Part shown: positions 53,590-64,000 of the stretch, in pieces
Layout: every line of letters begins with the position of its first letter
Position numbering within the stretch: the stretch's first letter is position 1
Assembly: GCA_964016885.1 (NCBI GenBank)
Contig: OZ024759.1
Span: forward strand, 13,516,001-13,580,000
Source of the DNA: Eledone cirrhosa
Lineage: Eukaryota
Reading direction: 5' to 3'
DNA: 64,000 bases
Position numbers and translations under genes: made by a program
Notes under the pieces: generated by a model
Told to the model about the DNA's origin: nothing
What the model saw: the letters and a program-made list of their open reading frames with translations, nothing else
Databases searched by the model: none

Positions 53590-56560
53590 TATTAATAATG
53601 TCCGTTTACAATTGTTTCGCTACTCCATATAATATTTCTGGATCAGATGACTATATATCATAATTGATCTGGTTCAGTTGAAAATAATTAACATATTTAA
53701 AAAACAGAGTGGTTCATCGGAACTTCAAAGGAATATAAATTAAAATAATGGGATAATGTTACATAATATAATGTTCCATATATTGGTTTTTACTATGGTG
53801 TCTTGGTTGCATCAGTTGTCATCCATAATCAAGCAGTATTCATCTGTTGAGGCTGCATTGTGTGAGATCTGCCTATGGGTAACAAGATGGCTGCCAAAGG
53901 GCATATTTACCTTACTAATTAGAGGGTGGTTTCAGGGGAAGTAACTTCTCGAGAGATTAGAAATTGTGAGTGTTTATAGTTAAGTGCTAATTTAAACATT
54001 TTTTAATTGAGAGACAATGTAGGAGGTAACTTATAATTATCGAGTTGTTCATAGTAATTTAACTTATTAGCTACAAGTAAAAATGGGGCTATATGACTAA
54101 GTTGGGTCAAAAATTCTATTGGCGAAGGAATTAGCCCCCACACAACATCCTGCTGGACCCTTTTGAGAAAGATCTATTCAACTTCGTCAGGAGCATTAAA
54201 TTCAAAAAGCATTATAGACACAAGAATAACTTCCTCACTAAATTAGCAACAACTATAAACAAATTTAAAGATAGCCACCTCTTACATGTTATGTCTGACA
54301 AAACTAAAAATCTATACACCATGACTCCTGAAACTTACAACTCTTTCCTTCTTAAAGAACTCAATAAAAACTATAAAAAAACTACACCCTCCAGTGTAAA
54401 CGTACTTAACCGAAAAGCCCAGGCTTTGGTTAAGGCCTTGCATCTGGATAGATTTACCCACCCTTATGTACCAACAACCCCAAGGTTCTCTCTCAAGGAT
54501 CACAAGCCAAACTTTATAGAGAACCCATCCATTAGACTCATAAGCCCAACCACATCTGACCTGGGCCGCATCAGTAGGTACATCCTTGATAGGATAATCC
54601 CTGGGCTACGGGATGATACCACCTACAAGTTGTGGTCCAACACCGGCCAAGTCATTAGATGGTTCTCCGATCTAAGGTCCAAGCAATCTGTGAGGTTCAT
54701 CCAATTTGACATAGACAGCTATTACGCGTCAATAACCCCGGTACTGCTAAACAAAGCATTAGCCCTAGCCACCACCAACTCGGACATAACCAATAATGAA
54801 ATTAACATCATACTTATGGCTAAGCAGACTATCATTGAATTCAACGGAGCACTCTGGACTAGAAAAGATAGAACAGACAACTTTGACATTACGATGGGCT
54901 CAAGTGACTCCGCACAAATCACCGATTTAGTTGGGATTTACCTATTACGTAACATCAGAGCCAAAATCCAACCCATGCAAGGCGGAATATACAGGGACGA
55001 CGCCCTATTTGCGGTCCACAATTGCACTAATCGGGGAATCGATTTGCTAAAGAAACAATTACATAGATTCTTCAAAAATAACGGTCTCTCTATCACCATC
55101 GAGCCGAACCATAAAGTAGTAAACTTCCTAGACGTCACCCTTGATCTCAACAATAACCTTTATAACCCTTACCATAAATCAGGTGAAATACTCACATATA
55201 TTAGCCCACACTCTAACCACCCACCGGAAGTCATCAGAACAGTAATCAAATCTATCTCCTATAGGATCTCAATGCTATCAGCAAATGAGGAGATATTTAT
55301 AAACCACGCACAATATTATAATAAGGCTCTCTCTGAATCTGGTTATAAACAATCAATTTATTACATACCTAAATGCCATAACACAGCAACTCACCATAAT
55401 AAACTTAACACTAGAACTAGAAATACCTTAGCTTATAGCCAGATTCGCCGGAATTTTAGCAGTAACAGCACCTATACAGGGAACTTTAATGGTGGCAGCG
55501 GCCTGCTCCCCACTCCAAGTAGCAAACTAAAAATCAACCCTAGAATAGGAATGAGAAATGGGATGACAAATAACAAATCCCCAGGTAATAATAACCCTAG
55601 GAAGGCCCCTACCAACTCCACTGGAACCCCTAGAAGGAATAGACCTAGAAATATCACCTAGCTTAACCCCCCCATTCTCATCTCATCTAGCCACTAATAT
55701 CCCCAAACGCTTCTTCTCTATCCTATCCAAACACCCCCCCAAACCATAGATATTACCAACTCTTTAATAAAAATAACATTAAAATCTCATTCTCCACAAC
55801 ACCTAACCTAGCTAGCCACATCGCGTTCAGTAACCATCATAAGCTAAGACAGTATAACTCCCACACTGCGGTACCACCACCCCTATCAAATACACCACGC
55901 CACTACACCAATAATTACTCTAGTATCACACCTCCCCCATCTAATCCTTCTAGCACGGACCTACCGCTTAGGTTAAACAACCCTACTCTCACTAACTGCA
56001 GAAGCAACTGCAACTGCCGTTACCCCAATGCATGCCCATTAAATGGACACTGCCTGACACCCAACATAGTCTATAGGTGCACGGTTGAGACTGCTTCGAA
56101 TACCAGCTCTTATATCGGGTCTACCTCTAACCCTTTTAAGGTACGCTATAACGCGCACTCTTTTTCCTTCCGAGACCCTAGCAACAGATGTTCGACATCG
56201 CTAGCTAGGCTCATTAAAAACCTTAAATTAAACAACGTACAACACTCACTAAAATGGGATATCGTGGCTAGGGCCCAACCGTTCAATGGACGAAGAAAAT
56301 CTTGTGACCTCTGTATTATGGAAGCATATTACATAACTCTATCACGACCTCTACCGATTAACGATAGAACGGAGGTAACCATTAGCTGTCAACATCGAAG
56401 GGCTAATTCCTTCGCCAATAGAATTTTTGACCCAACTTAGTCATGTAACCCCATTTTTACTTGTAGCTAATAAGTTAAATTGCTATGAACAACTCGATAA
56501 TTATAAGTTACCTCCTCTACATTGTCTCTCAATTAAAAAATTAAAAAATTAGCACTTAAC
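53590..56560 (+). mobile_element. Penelope-like element (Neptune-type RT plus GIY-YIG) with an inverted 3'-end copy at its 5' side
   Basis: ORF 54291-55661 with QFDIDSYY, MGSSDSAQITDLVG, YRDD; CNC..CP..G.C..IVY..YIG GIY-YIG region at ~56000-56440 after a stop/frameshift; 53979-54137 is the reverse complement of 56400-56560. Confidence 0.92.
53612..53724 (-). ncRNA. Degenerate long-domain-II hammerhead in the inverted Penelope end
   Basis: gtt-CCGATGA-..actc...gagt..-GAAA-caattg-TA-aac; U4C lesion in the core. Confidence 0.5.
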
Positions 56561-56707
56561 AATTTAACTTAATAACAAATGTTTTGATAATCCAACACGG
56601 AGAAAGTAAGCTTTGCCAAACATCAATTTGTGTACATGTTATAAAGATCTTTTATATATATATATATACCAGATAAGCTTTTCAAACTCTTTTTTTATTA
56701 TGATTTT

Positions 56708-56752
<45 letters not shown>

Positions 56753-56864
56753 TGATGATGATGATATATATATTGGTTTCTGAAATGAACTTGCAGTGTC
56801 AAACCCTTAAACAATATTGGAATTATTGAACCCTTGCAGTGCAGCAGTAGAGTGCATTGAGATA

Positions 56865-57205
56865 GCAATGGTGCATGGCTTAGTGGTCAGAGCATTATGC
56901 TTGCAATTGAGAGGTTGTGAGTTTGATTCTCGAACCGTGTGATGCATTGTATCCTTGAGCAAGGCACTTTACTTCATGGTGCTCCAGTTTACTCAGCTGC
57001 AGAAATATGTTGTGACATTACTGGTGCCAAGCTGTATCAGCCATTGTCTTTCCCTTGAACAATATCAGTGGTGTGGAGAGGGGAGAGGCTGATATGCAAG
57101 GTCGACTGCTGGTCTTCCACAAAACAAACTTTGCCCAGGCTTGTGCCTCAGAGGGAAACTTTCTAGGTGCAAATCCCATGGTCATTCATGACAGAGTGGG
57201 GCCTC
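56865..57205 (+). mobile_element. tRNA-derived SINE with a different tail
   Basis: tggcttagtgg head and ccttgagcaaggcac body shared with the 43890 family. Confidence 0.7.
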
Positions 57206-57326
57206 TAAAAGTGTGGTGCAGTGTGGTGTGGTGCAGTGTGGTATGGTGCTGTGTGGTGAGGTACAATAGAACTGTGTGTGTGTGTTACAGTGCAATGAGT
57301 AAGAGTTTAAGAAAATAAAACCTTAC

Positions 57327-57384
57327 CTTCTGATAAAGTGAATAAAGTAGAGAAGCCAGATTAAGGAAGTTTAAAATGAATACC
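57327..57384 (-). CDS. tmc: TMC gene exon (first visible), (R)VFILNFLNLASLLYSLYQK
   Basis: ttttgcag acceptor, AAG|gtaagg donor; 58 nt, phase 2 to 0; resembles the TMC 'RIFALFLGNLY' TM segment; in frame with the downstream exon. Confidence 0.85.
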
Positions 57385-57545
57385 CTGCAAAATATATAAT
57401 TATCATCATCATCATCATTTAATGTCCGCTTTTCCCTGCTTGCAAGGGTGGGTCAGGTCTTATTCAGCACAGCATCTCTCTACTTGTCACGGTCCTTCGT
57501 CATCTCCACCGTGAGCTTCAGAGATCTGAGGTCTGTTCTCACCAC

Positions 57546-57599
<54 letters not shown>

Positions 57600-57728
57600 T
57601 AAACGGAATAGAAAATGCTGACAAATTGTTCACAGTTGAAAAATGGTTTAATTAGGAATAAAAGAGTATTAGTGATTGTATGGGTTAGTATTCAGTTGTG
57701 GTTTGAAGAATAACATGGTCAGCTGCAT

Positions 57729-57760
<32 letters not shown>

Positions 57761-58300
57761 ACACACATACACACACACACATATTTGTTGTGAAAGAGTC
57801 ATTTCTCAATCTTGGCGCAAAACCAATTTTTTATCCACATGACCTCTACCGACCAATCAAAATTGTTTTGACCAATAATTTTTGCTGGAGCCACTTTTTT
57901 AACATTTTAACATAAAAACAGTCTTGGCACAAAATCAACTTTTTACATTCACATGACCTCTACCGACCAATCAAAATTGTTTTGACCACAAGCATTTTTG
58001 CAACACAAAAATAACGCTGGAGCCACTTTTTTAACATAAAAACAGGTAGAATTCCCAAAACTAATCAGATCAGAGCAAACAGCACGGACACTCTATCTCA
58101 AAATTATTTTTGAAAAGCATTTAGAAATGCGCAACCGGTAAAAACTTAAAAACTTAAAACCACAACTGAATACTAACCCATACAATCACTAATACTCTTT
58201 TATTCCTAATTAAACCATTTTTCAACTGTGAACAATTTGTCAGCATTTTCTATTCCGTTTACCAATATATAATAACTTGTGTGTTACACCTCTATTCTTT

Positions 58301-58390
<90 letters not shown>

Positions 58391-58684
58391 ACTTTGAGTG
58401 ATTAGCGGCCTTTAGACATACCTAATCAATGAAACAATTGTTAATACTATAAATAAAACCCTTTTTGTAGAGCTGACCATGTTATTCTTCAAATTTTCAC
58501 TATTATTACACCAAGATTAACCTTGCAGTGGAATGATAGAGACTGGGGTCCCTATCATCTCATTTCTACAGTTGAGTAAACTGGAGCAATGTGAAATAAA
58601 GTGTCTTGCTCAAGGAAACAACACATCACCCGGTCCGAGAATTGAACTCACAACCTTTCAATTGCAAGGCGAATGCTCTAACCA

Positions 58685-58733
<49 letters not shown>

Positions 58734-60036
58734 TTTTAGATATACAGTATATATAAATATATAAGTTAAACAATTTTTCACATTGTTTTGTTGTTTTGTT
58801 TTGGTATGGCTCTAATTCCTGCTATTAATTTTATCTCTCACTCTTTTAAGTTGTGAAATAGACTGGTTTACGCACGCGGCTGCCGCAATCCAGCTCGCTA
58901 CTATATATCACTCTATAATGGATACTGGCATTTAAAGTCTGTTAAGGGTTCTTGGCACTACCATTGTTACTATCGCTTTCCTCTAGCCATGGGACATGGA
59001 AACATGAGTCGAATGCTACCATTCTATTATACATCGATGTGGGACTGCTATTTCTAATAACCATCTTTTCACTTAATTTGTGTGTAAGGCACGTTGGCTG
59101 AGAGCTTTTGACGGGAGAGAAAAGATTAGTTTTCTAGTCTCCCGCCACCATGTAAAGTTTGTAAATCCGTGGCTCGTCGAGGGACAGAATTGTATTAGAT
59201 TCCAGTTGCAAATCACTTTACCATGTCGGTTGTCACAAACAGTCATAGCCGCCATGGGCTGGGGTTTGGATTCTGTCGATCAATTAGTCATTTATAGTAA
59301 CCAGAAATTGTTTTTTATATATTTATTTCCTTATTTTTATAATGGGGTTTTTTTTTCTTCTCCCTTTCGATTTACCTATTTTTTCAACCCGCACCTGCCT
59401 CATCTTCTCCAGTACACTTTTTTCGACCTTTTATACACTATCCTTAGAATCTGCTGTATAGATTTCACTTTCAACGCTTGACTGGGTTTCCCCCACTCCC
59501 TCTTTGTTCTACCTGCAAGTTCAGCCACCCCTACCTCCCACCAAATGCCATGATAGATTCATCTGTCTTTACAACAAATTTTTGACAATTACTATCTTCC
59601 CATATAAGGAAATACCCCCTGAGAAGTTTGGCTATTTATTTACCAGGCTAAAAATTCTCATTTAGTCCAGAAATAACCGTCGAAACGGCTTGAGCTCGGC
59701 CATCAGGGCCATACTTGTTCCTATATATTTATCTTTTAACTATATATAAGTATATATATATATAATATATATATATATATATAAAAGTATATGTATATAT
59801 AATATATATATATATAAAGGTATATGTATATATAATATATATATAATATATAATATATATATATATATATAATATATATATATAAAAAGGAAAATGTTCA
59901 AGACCCCGACGGCAGAGCTCAAGCCTTTTTGACGGCTATTTCTGGACTAAATTAGATTTTTAGCATGGTAATAAAAAAAATACGTACTCTGGTGTGTTAT
60001 GGTCAACCTGGTTCCTTACCACACTTCCTTCGTTTA

Positions 60037-60068
<32 letters not shown>

Positions 60069-60327
60069 ATGAGTATATGTTGGTTGTTTACCGACACCTC
60101 AGTATGCAGATTGGAGCACTCAACGAAGTACGCAGGTTGGTTTGTTTACTCCAGAGTAATGTAAAATAAAATAAGTAAGTCAAATATATAAAATTTGGCT
60201 TCATATATATATGATTCCAGTTCCTCGGAGGACTAACAACGCACCCAGGAGCTGGACATATCAATGTATTGACAGAGTGAAACACACTTCAACAACATAT
60301 GTACCTGTCTTTTCCACACCAATTCGG

Positions 60328-60382
60328 ACTGCCTGAAGAGGTCACAGCCAATAATGGCTGTCACCGAAATATATATAGCAGT
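60328..60382 (+). ncRNA. Type-I hammerhead ribozyme motif
   Basis: actgc-CTGAAGA-ggtcacagcca/ataa/tggctgtcacc-GAAA-tatata-TA-gcagt; intact core and stems I and II. Confidence 0.85.
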
Positions 60383-60438
60383 AAATTTATAATTTTTAAT
60401 AAACGAAGCCAAATTTTACATATTTGACTTACTTATTT

Positions 60439-60479
<41 letters not shown>

Positions 60480-60482
<3 letters not shown>

Positions 60483-62280
60483 GTGGAACACTGGAAGGTA
60501 ATATCCGTAGTGGTAGAGCACTCAGTCCAAGGGACGAGTTAGGTAGAAGTGGTTACACAACAGTTAGTTCACCATACCGAGAACAATTGTTTCACCTTCG
60601 CGGATCTTCAGCTCGGGATGTGTATGGTTATAAGAACAGGAAGGACAACCGTACGAAAGCGCATGCGCAGAAACTCGGTCACTTCACACAGGCAATACTA
60701 GAGTGCGTGCAGGAGGTGTAAGGGAGTTAACTGCGAAAGTCCGGAAAGTTTTTAGGTTGAAAATAAAATTTAAAATATTAAAAATAAAATTACAAAGAAT
60801 CAGTCCGGAGCCTTGTAGTTATGTAATAGATGTTTGGTGACGTGTGGACAACATGTGAAAAATTCACTTCTCGTGTTTAGGCAATCACTATTGCGTAATC
60901 TCTTTAGGATAGTTATTCGTTCGTCAATACATAAGCTACACATCGGATTTCCCCTTGCGTATGGCTTGGACTTAGTGATGGCTTTCCATTGAATGGAGTA
61001 GCCTATACTTGAGTCCTTGAGGGACCATACGTGGCTCACGAGTTTCGTGGATGAACGTCTGTCCGGGTATCTGAAGGTAGACTGGTGGTTCAGGAAATGC
61101 TCCTTGATGTTCTTAGCGCAGGAGTATCCTAGTTTAACTTTGTGTTGGTTAAAGATGGAACGGTATTTATGACCTATGGGGAAGTGTCTATCTAAGAGGG
61201 CTAGAAATTTTTTTCCTACATTGGTTTTAACGCTGAGTGAGAAGGGAGGAGAGAACCAAATAGTTTGTCTATTGATGCGCTTACTTTTCTTAATGGTGTT
61301 GTTGCTAGTGGGAGAGTAGGTGATAGGTTGTGAGAAGCTGCTGTTAGCCAACGCCGTGTTATAGTAGGGTGCCGCACTGTCAAAGATAGCCTTATTAGAG
61401 GAGAGGTCTGAGATTCTAGTACTGATATTCTTAACAAAGTTTCTAAAAACAGTGGGAGGGTGGCATGAGTCCTTGTGAACGTAATTAAGTTTCTCGTTTA
61501 GCTTATGGAAGGATCTGTGGGTGTGTGTGCGAAGGTCTAAATTAATGTCTAAGAAATCTACGCTAGAGAGGTTGGTGGCTACTGTTATCCTAAGGCCTAA
61601 CTCATTTAAGATAGAAGCTAAGTCTTTTTTAAACCGGTCGAGGTCGTGACCACTTTTATGGCTCGATAAAGTCAGTCCATCGTCGCGGTATATTCCCGTG
61701 TGGAAGTCCGGGAATCTAACACGTAATATGTCTAAGATAAAAAGGCCAACCAAGTCACATACGTCAGCACTGTCAAACGATCCCATGGAGACGTCGAACA
61801 GGTCTGAAGATGTAGACTTCTTTGCCCGGGCTACTCCGTCGTTGAAGAGGAGGGTTTTCCGACAGTGAGCGATGATTTCCCTGTCTAAACCATCGACGGT
61901 GGTGTAAGTGGTAGCGAAGTCCAACGCTTTGTTTAACAGGGTCTCTGAGATCGACAGGTAAAAATCAACAATGTCAAACTGTGTGAACTTCGCTTTTTTG
62001 GATTTCAAGGAGTTAAACCACTTAATTACGGAGTCGCTGTTCTCCCACTGGGACAGGTTGGACTTGGTCCTAATGATCTTAACTATGTTTCTAAGTATGG
62101 CCTTACTGACTAGTCCAATATCTGTGCGTGCCGGGTTTATTAGTCTACATGTGGGGTTAGAAGTAAAGTCTACCTTGTGATCTTTCAGGGTGAGGAACGC
62201 CTCCTGCTTAGCTAGAGATTGTAGCTTCTTATCTACCTTAAGGTCGGTGGCGAGTTCCTTGGCTTCTGTATTAAGCGAAG
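60480..62280 (-). mobile_element. Penelope-like element (Neptune-type), 5'-truncated, internal GIY-YIG deletion
   Basis: ORF 60800-62008 with QFDIVDFY, MGSFDSADVCDLVG, YRDDG and C-terminal CSLC..E..LNTRSE..C.H; hammerhead in the 3' region. Confidence 0.92.
60577..60616 (-). ncRNA. Minimal type-I hammerhead in the Penelope 3' region
   Basis: ccgag-CTGAAGA-tccgcgaaggt-GAAA-caattg-TT-ctcgg; palindromic stem-III loop, weak stem II. Confidence 0.8.
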
Positions 62281-62355
62281 TTCACACAGTCTGAGTGCTT
62301 CCAATCTATTGTAAAACTCATTCTTTGATTTATTCATTGAACCTTGTTTAACCTT

Positions 62356-62400
<45 letters not shown>

Positions 62401-62689
62401 GTATAATATACATATATATAGATATGTATTATATATATATATAAAAGTATATATAGAGATCTGACTATATATATGAACTATCTATATATATAGATCTGAG
62501 CTAACCCAGGGGTGGTGACTCTTTCCTATTATCCACTCTACTACTGTAAGAATCGATTACTCTGGTGCGTTATGGTCCACCTGGTTCCTTACCACACTTC
62601 CTTCGTTTTATTTATATATATATATATATATATATGTCACTTTTGAGCTGACTTTTGGGAAGCTCCCATACAGCTCTGAGTTTTTCATC

Positions 62690-62965
62690 CTCAGTGTATA
62701 CTGATTAATGTTCAGAGCCATCTTCAGCATTCTCGTGTAGCACCCATCCACCATCTGAGTGAGTTTCTTGGTCAGTGTCTAAGTCTCAGACCCGTACAGC
62801 AGCACAGACTCCACTACAGCAATGAAGAGGTGGATTTTCAGGTCTTTACGAAGGTCGACTTCCACACCGATCTCAAGCTGTGGCACGCCGCCCAGGCTTT
62901 GCTCTTCCTCTCAACCACATCATCTTCCGTATTCCACATCTTTGCTCCCAAATACAGTAAGTCCT
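62690..62965 (-). mobile_element. Old non-LTR RT C-terminal fragment (RTE/RTEX-like)
   Basis: minus strand reads YLG...VESVLLYGSET.TLT...DGCYTRML. Confidence 0.6.
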
Positions 62966-62969
62966 CAAG

Positions 62970-63770
62970 GTATGGACATGTGATGCGCATGGAGGATCAC
63001 CGATGGGTGAAGAAGTGCCAGGAAATGCCAGTTGAAGGAAGACGTGGTAGAGGTAGGCTACGAAAAACATGGGCGGAGGTGGTGAGAACAGACCTCAGAT
63101 CATTGAAGCTCACGGGGGAGATGACGAAGGACCATGACAAGTGGAGAGATGCTGTGCTGAATAAGACCCGTCTCACCCTTGCAAGCAGGGAAAAGCGGAC
63201 GTAAAATGATGATGATGATGATGATGATATATATACACACACATATATATATATTTATATATATATGGAAGAAGTTTAGGGAGCTGCTTCCTCTGTTGAC
63301 AAAGAAGGGTTTCTCACTGCATACGAAAGGATGGTTATATGATGCCTCTGTGAGGTGCATGATTCTGCATGGTAGTGAGACATGGGCAGCAACTGTAGAA
63401 GGTATGAGACGGCTGGAGAGAAATGAAGCAATTATGCTTGGTTGGATGTGCAATGACGAGTTGAGAAAGAAATTGGGTATAAGAGGGATAAGTTGTGGTG
63501 TGCAGGAGAGAAGGCTGAGATGGTATGGACATATGATGCGCATGGAGGATGACTGATGGGTGAAGAAGTGCCAGGAAGTCCCAGTGGAGGGAAGACACAG
63601 TAGAGGTAGACCACGAAAAACATGGGCGGAGGTGGTGAGAGCAGACCTCAGATTGCTGAAACTCACTGAGGAGATGGCGAATCGTGACAAGTGGAGAGAT
63701 GTTGTGCTGAATAGGACCCGTGCCACCCTTGCAAGCAGGGAAAAGCTGACGTAAAATGATGATGATGATA
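62970..63770 (+). mobile_element. Two tandem 3' fragments of a second RTE subfamily
   Basis: YGHVMRMED...[13 protein letters not shown]; WKKFRELLP; (GAT)n tails. Confidence 0.85.
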
Positions 63771-63793
63771 TATATATAAGTATATATACATAC

Positions 63794-63858
<65 letters not shown>

Positions 63859-63873
63859 CATATATATATATAC

Positions 63874-63914
<41 letters not shown>

Positions 63915-64000
63915 TCACTTATTTTCGGCGAAAGAAGGGAGAGAGGCTGACAGTCTGTTTCACACTGGTTGCCGTTTTGGCAGCTCCTGATTATTACTAG

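Noticed and set aside
58850-59480. Possible further exon or gene (ORF 59080-59481)
   Set aside because: No recognisable motif or convincing splice sites; left unassigned
238-63918. Numerous YI/CV/HT-rich ORFs, including the first ~100 aa of the 987-aa ORF
   Set aside because: Translations of (TA)n, (CA)n and (TGTA)n microsatellites; not proteins

Overview
AT-rich, microsatellite-dense eukaryotic DNA. The SINE and RTE families suggest a cephalopod, probably an octopus (inference). The one host gene I can find is a TMC1/2/3-type transmembrane channel-like gene on the minus strand. Eleven GT-AG exons between 57384 and 1195 splice into one open frame of about 507 aa, covering the C-terminal half (TMC domain with RASRSNNFY and CGPF, then an S/T/P-rich tail). 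Its 5' exons lie outside the window. The introns hold RTE LINEs (one near full-length, with a PHD-like finger), an R4/Dong-like RT-REL element, two Neptune-type Penelope-like elements plus remnants, several SINE families, hAT, piggyBac, mariner and Helitron-like miniature elements, and three satellites. The most unusual hidden signal is about a dozen type-I hammerhead-ribozyme motifs from several families. They sit in short, (TA)n-flanked, often hairpin-forming Penelope-type modules. They include covarying stems, a U3-A8 core variant and a head-to-head ribozyme palindrome, and several are in sense to the TMC pre-mRNA. All calls are from reading the sequence by eye; no searches were run.
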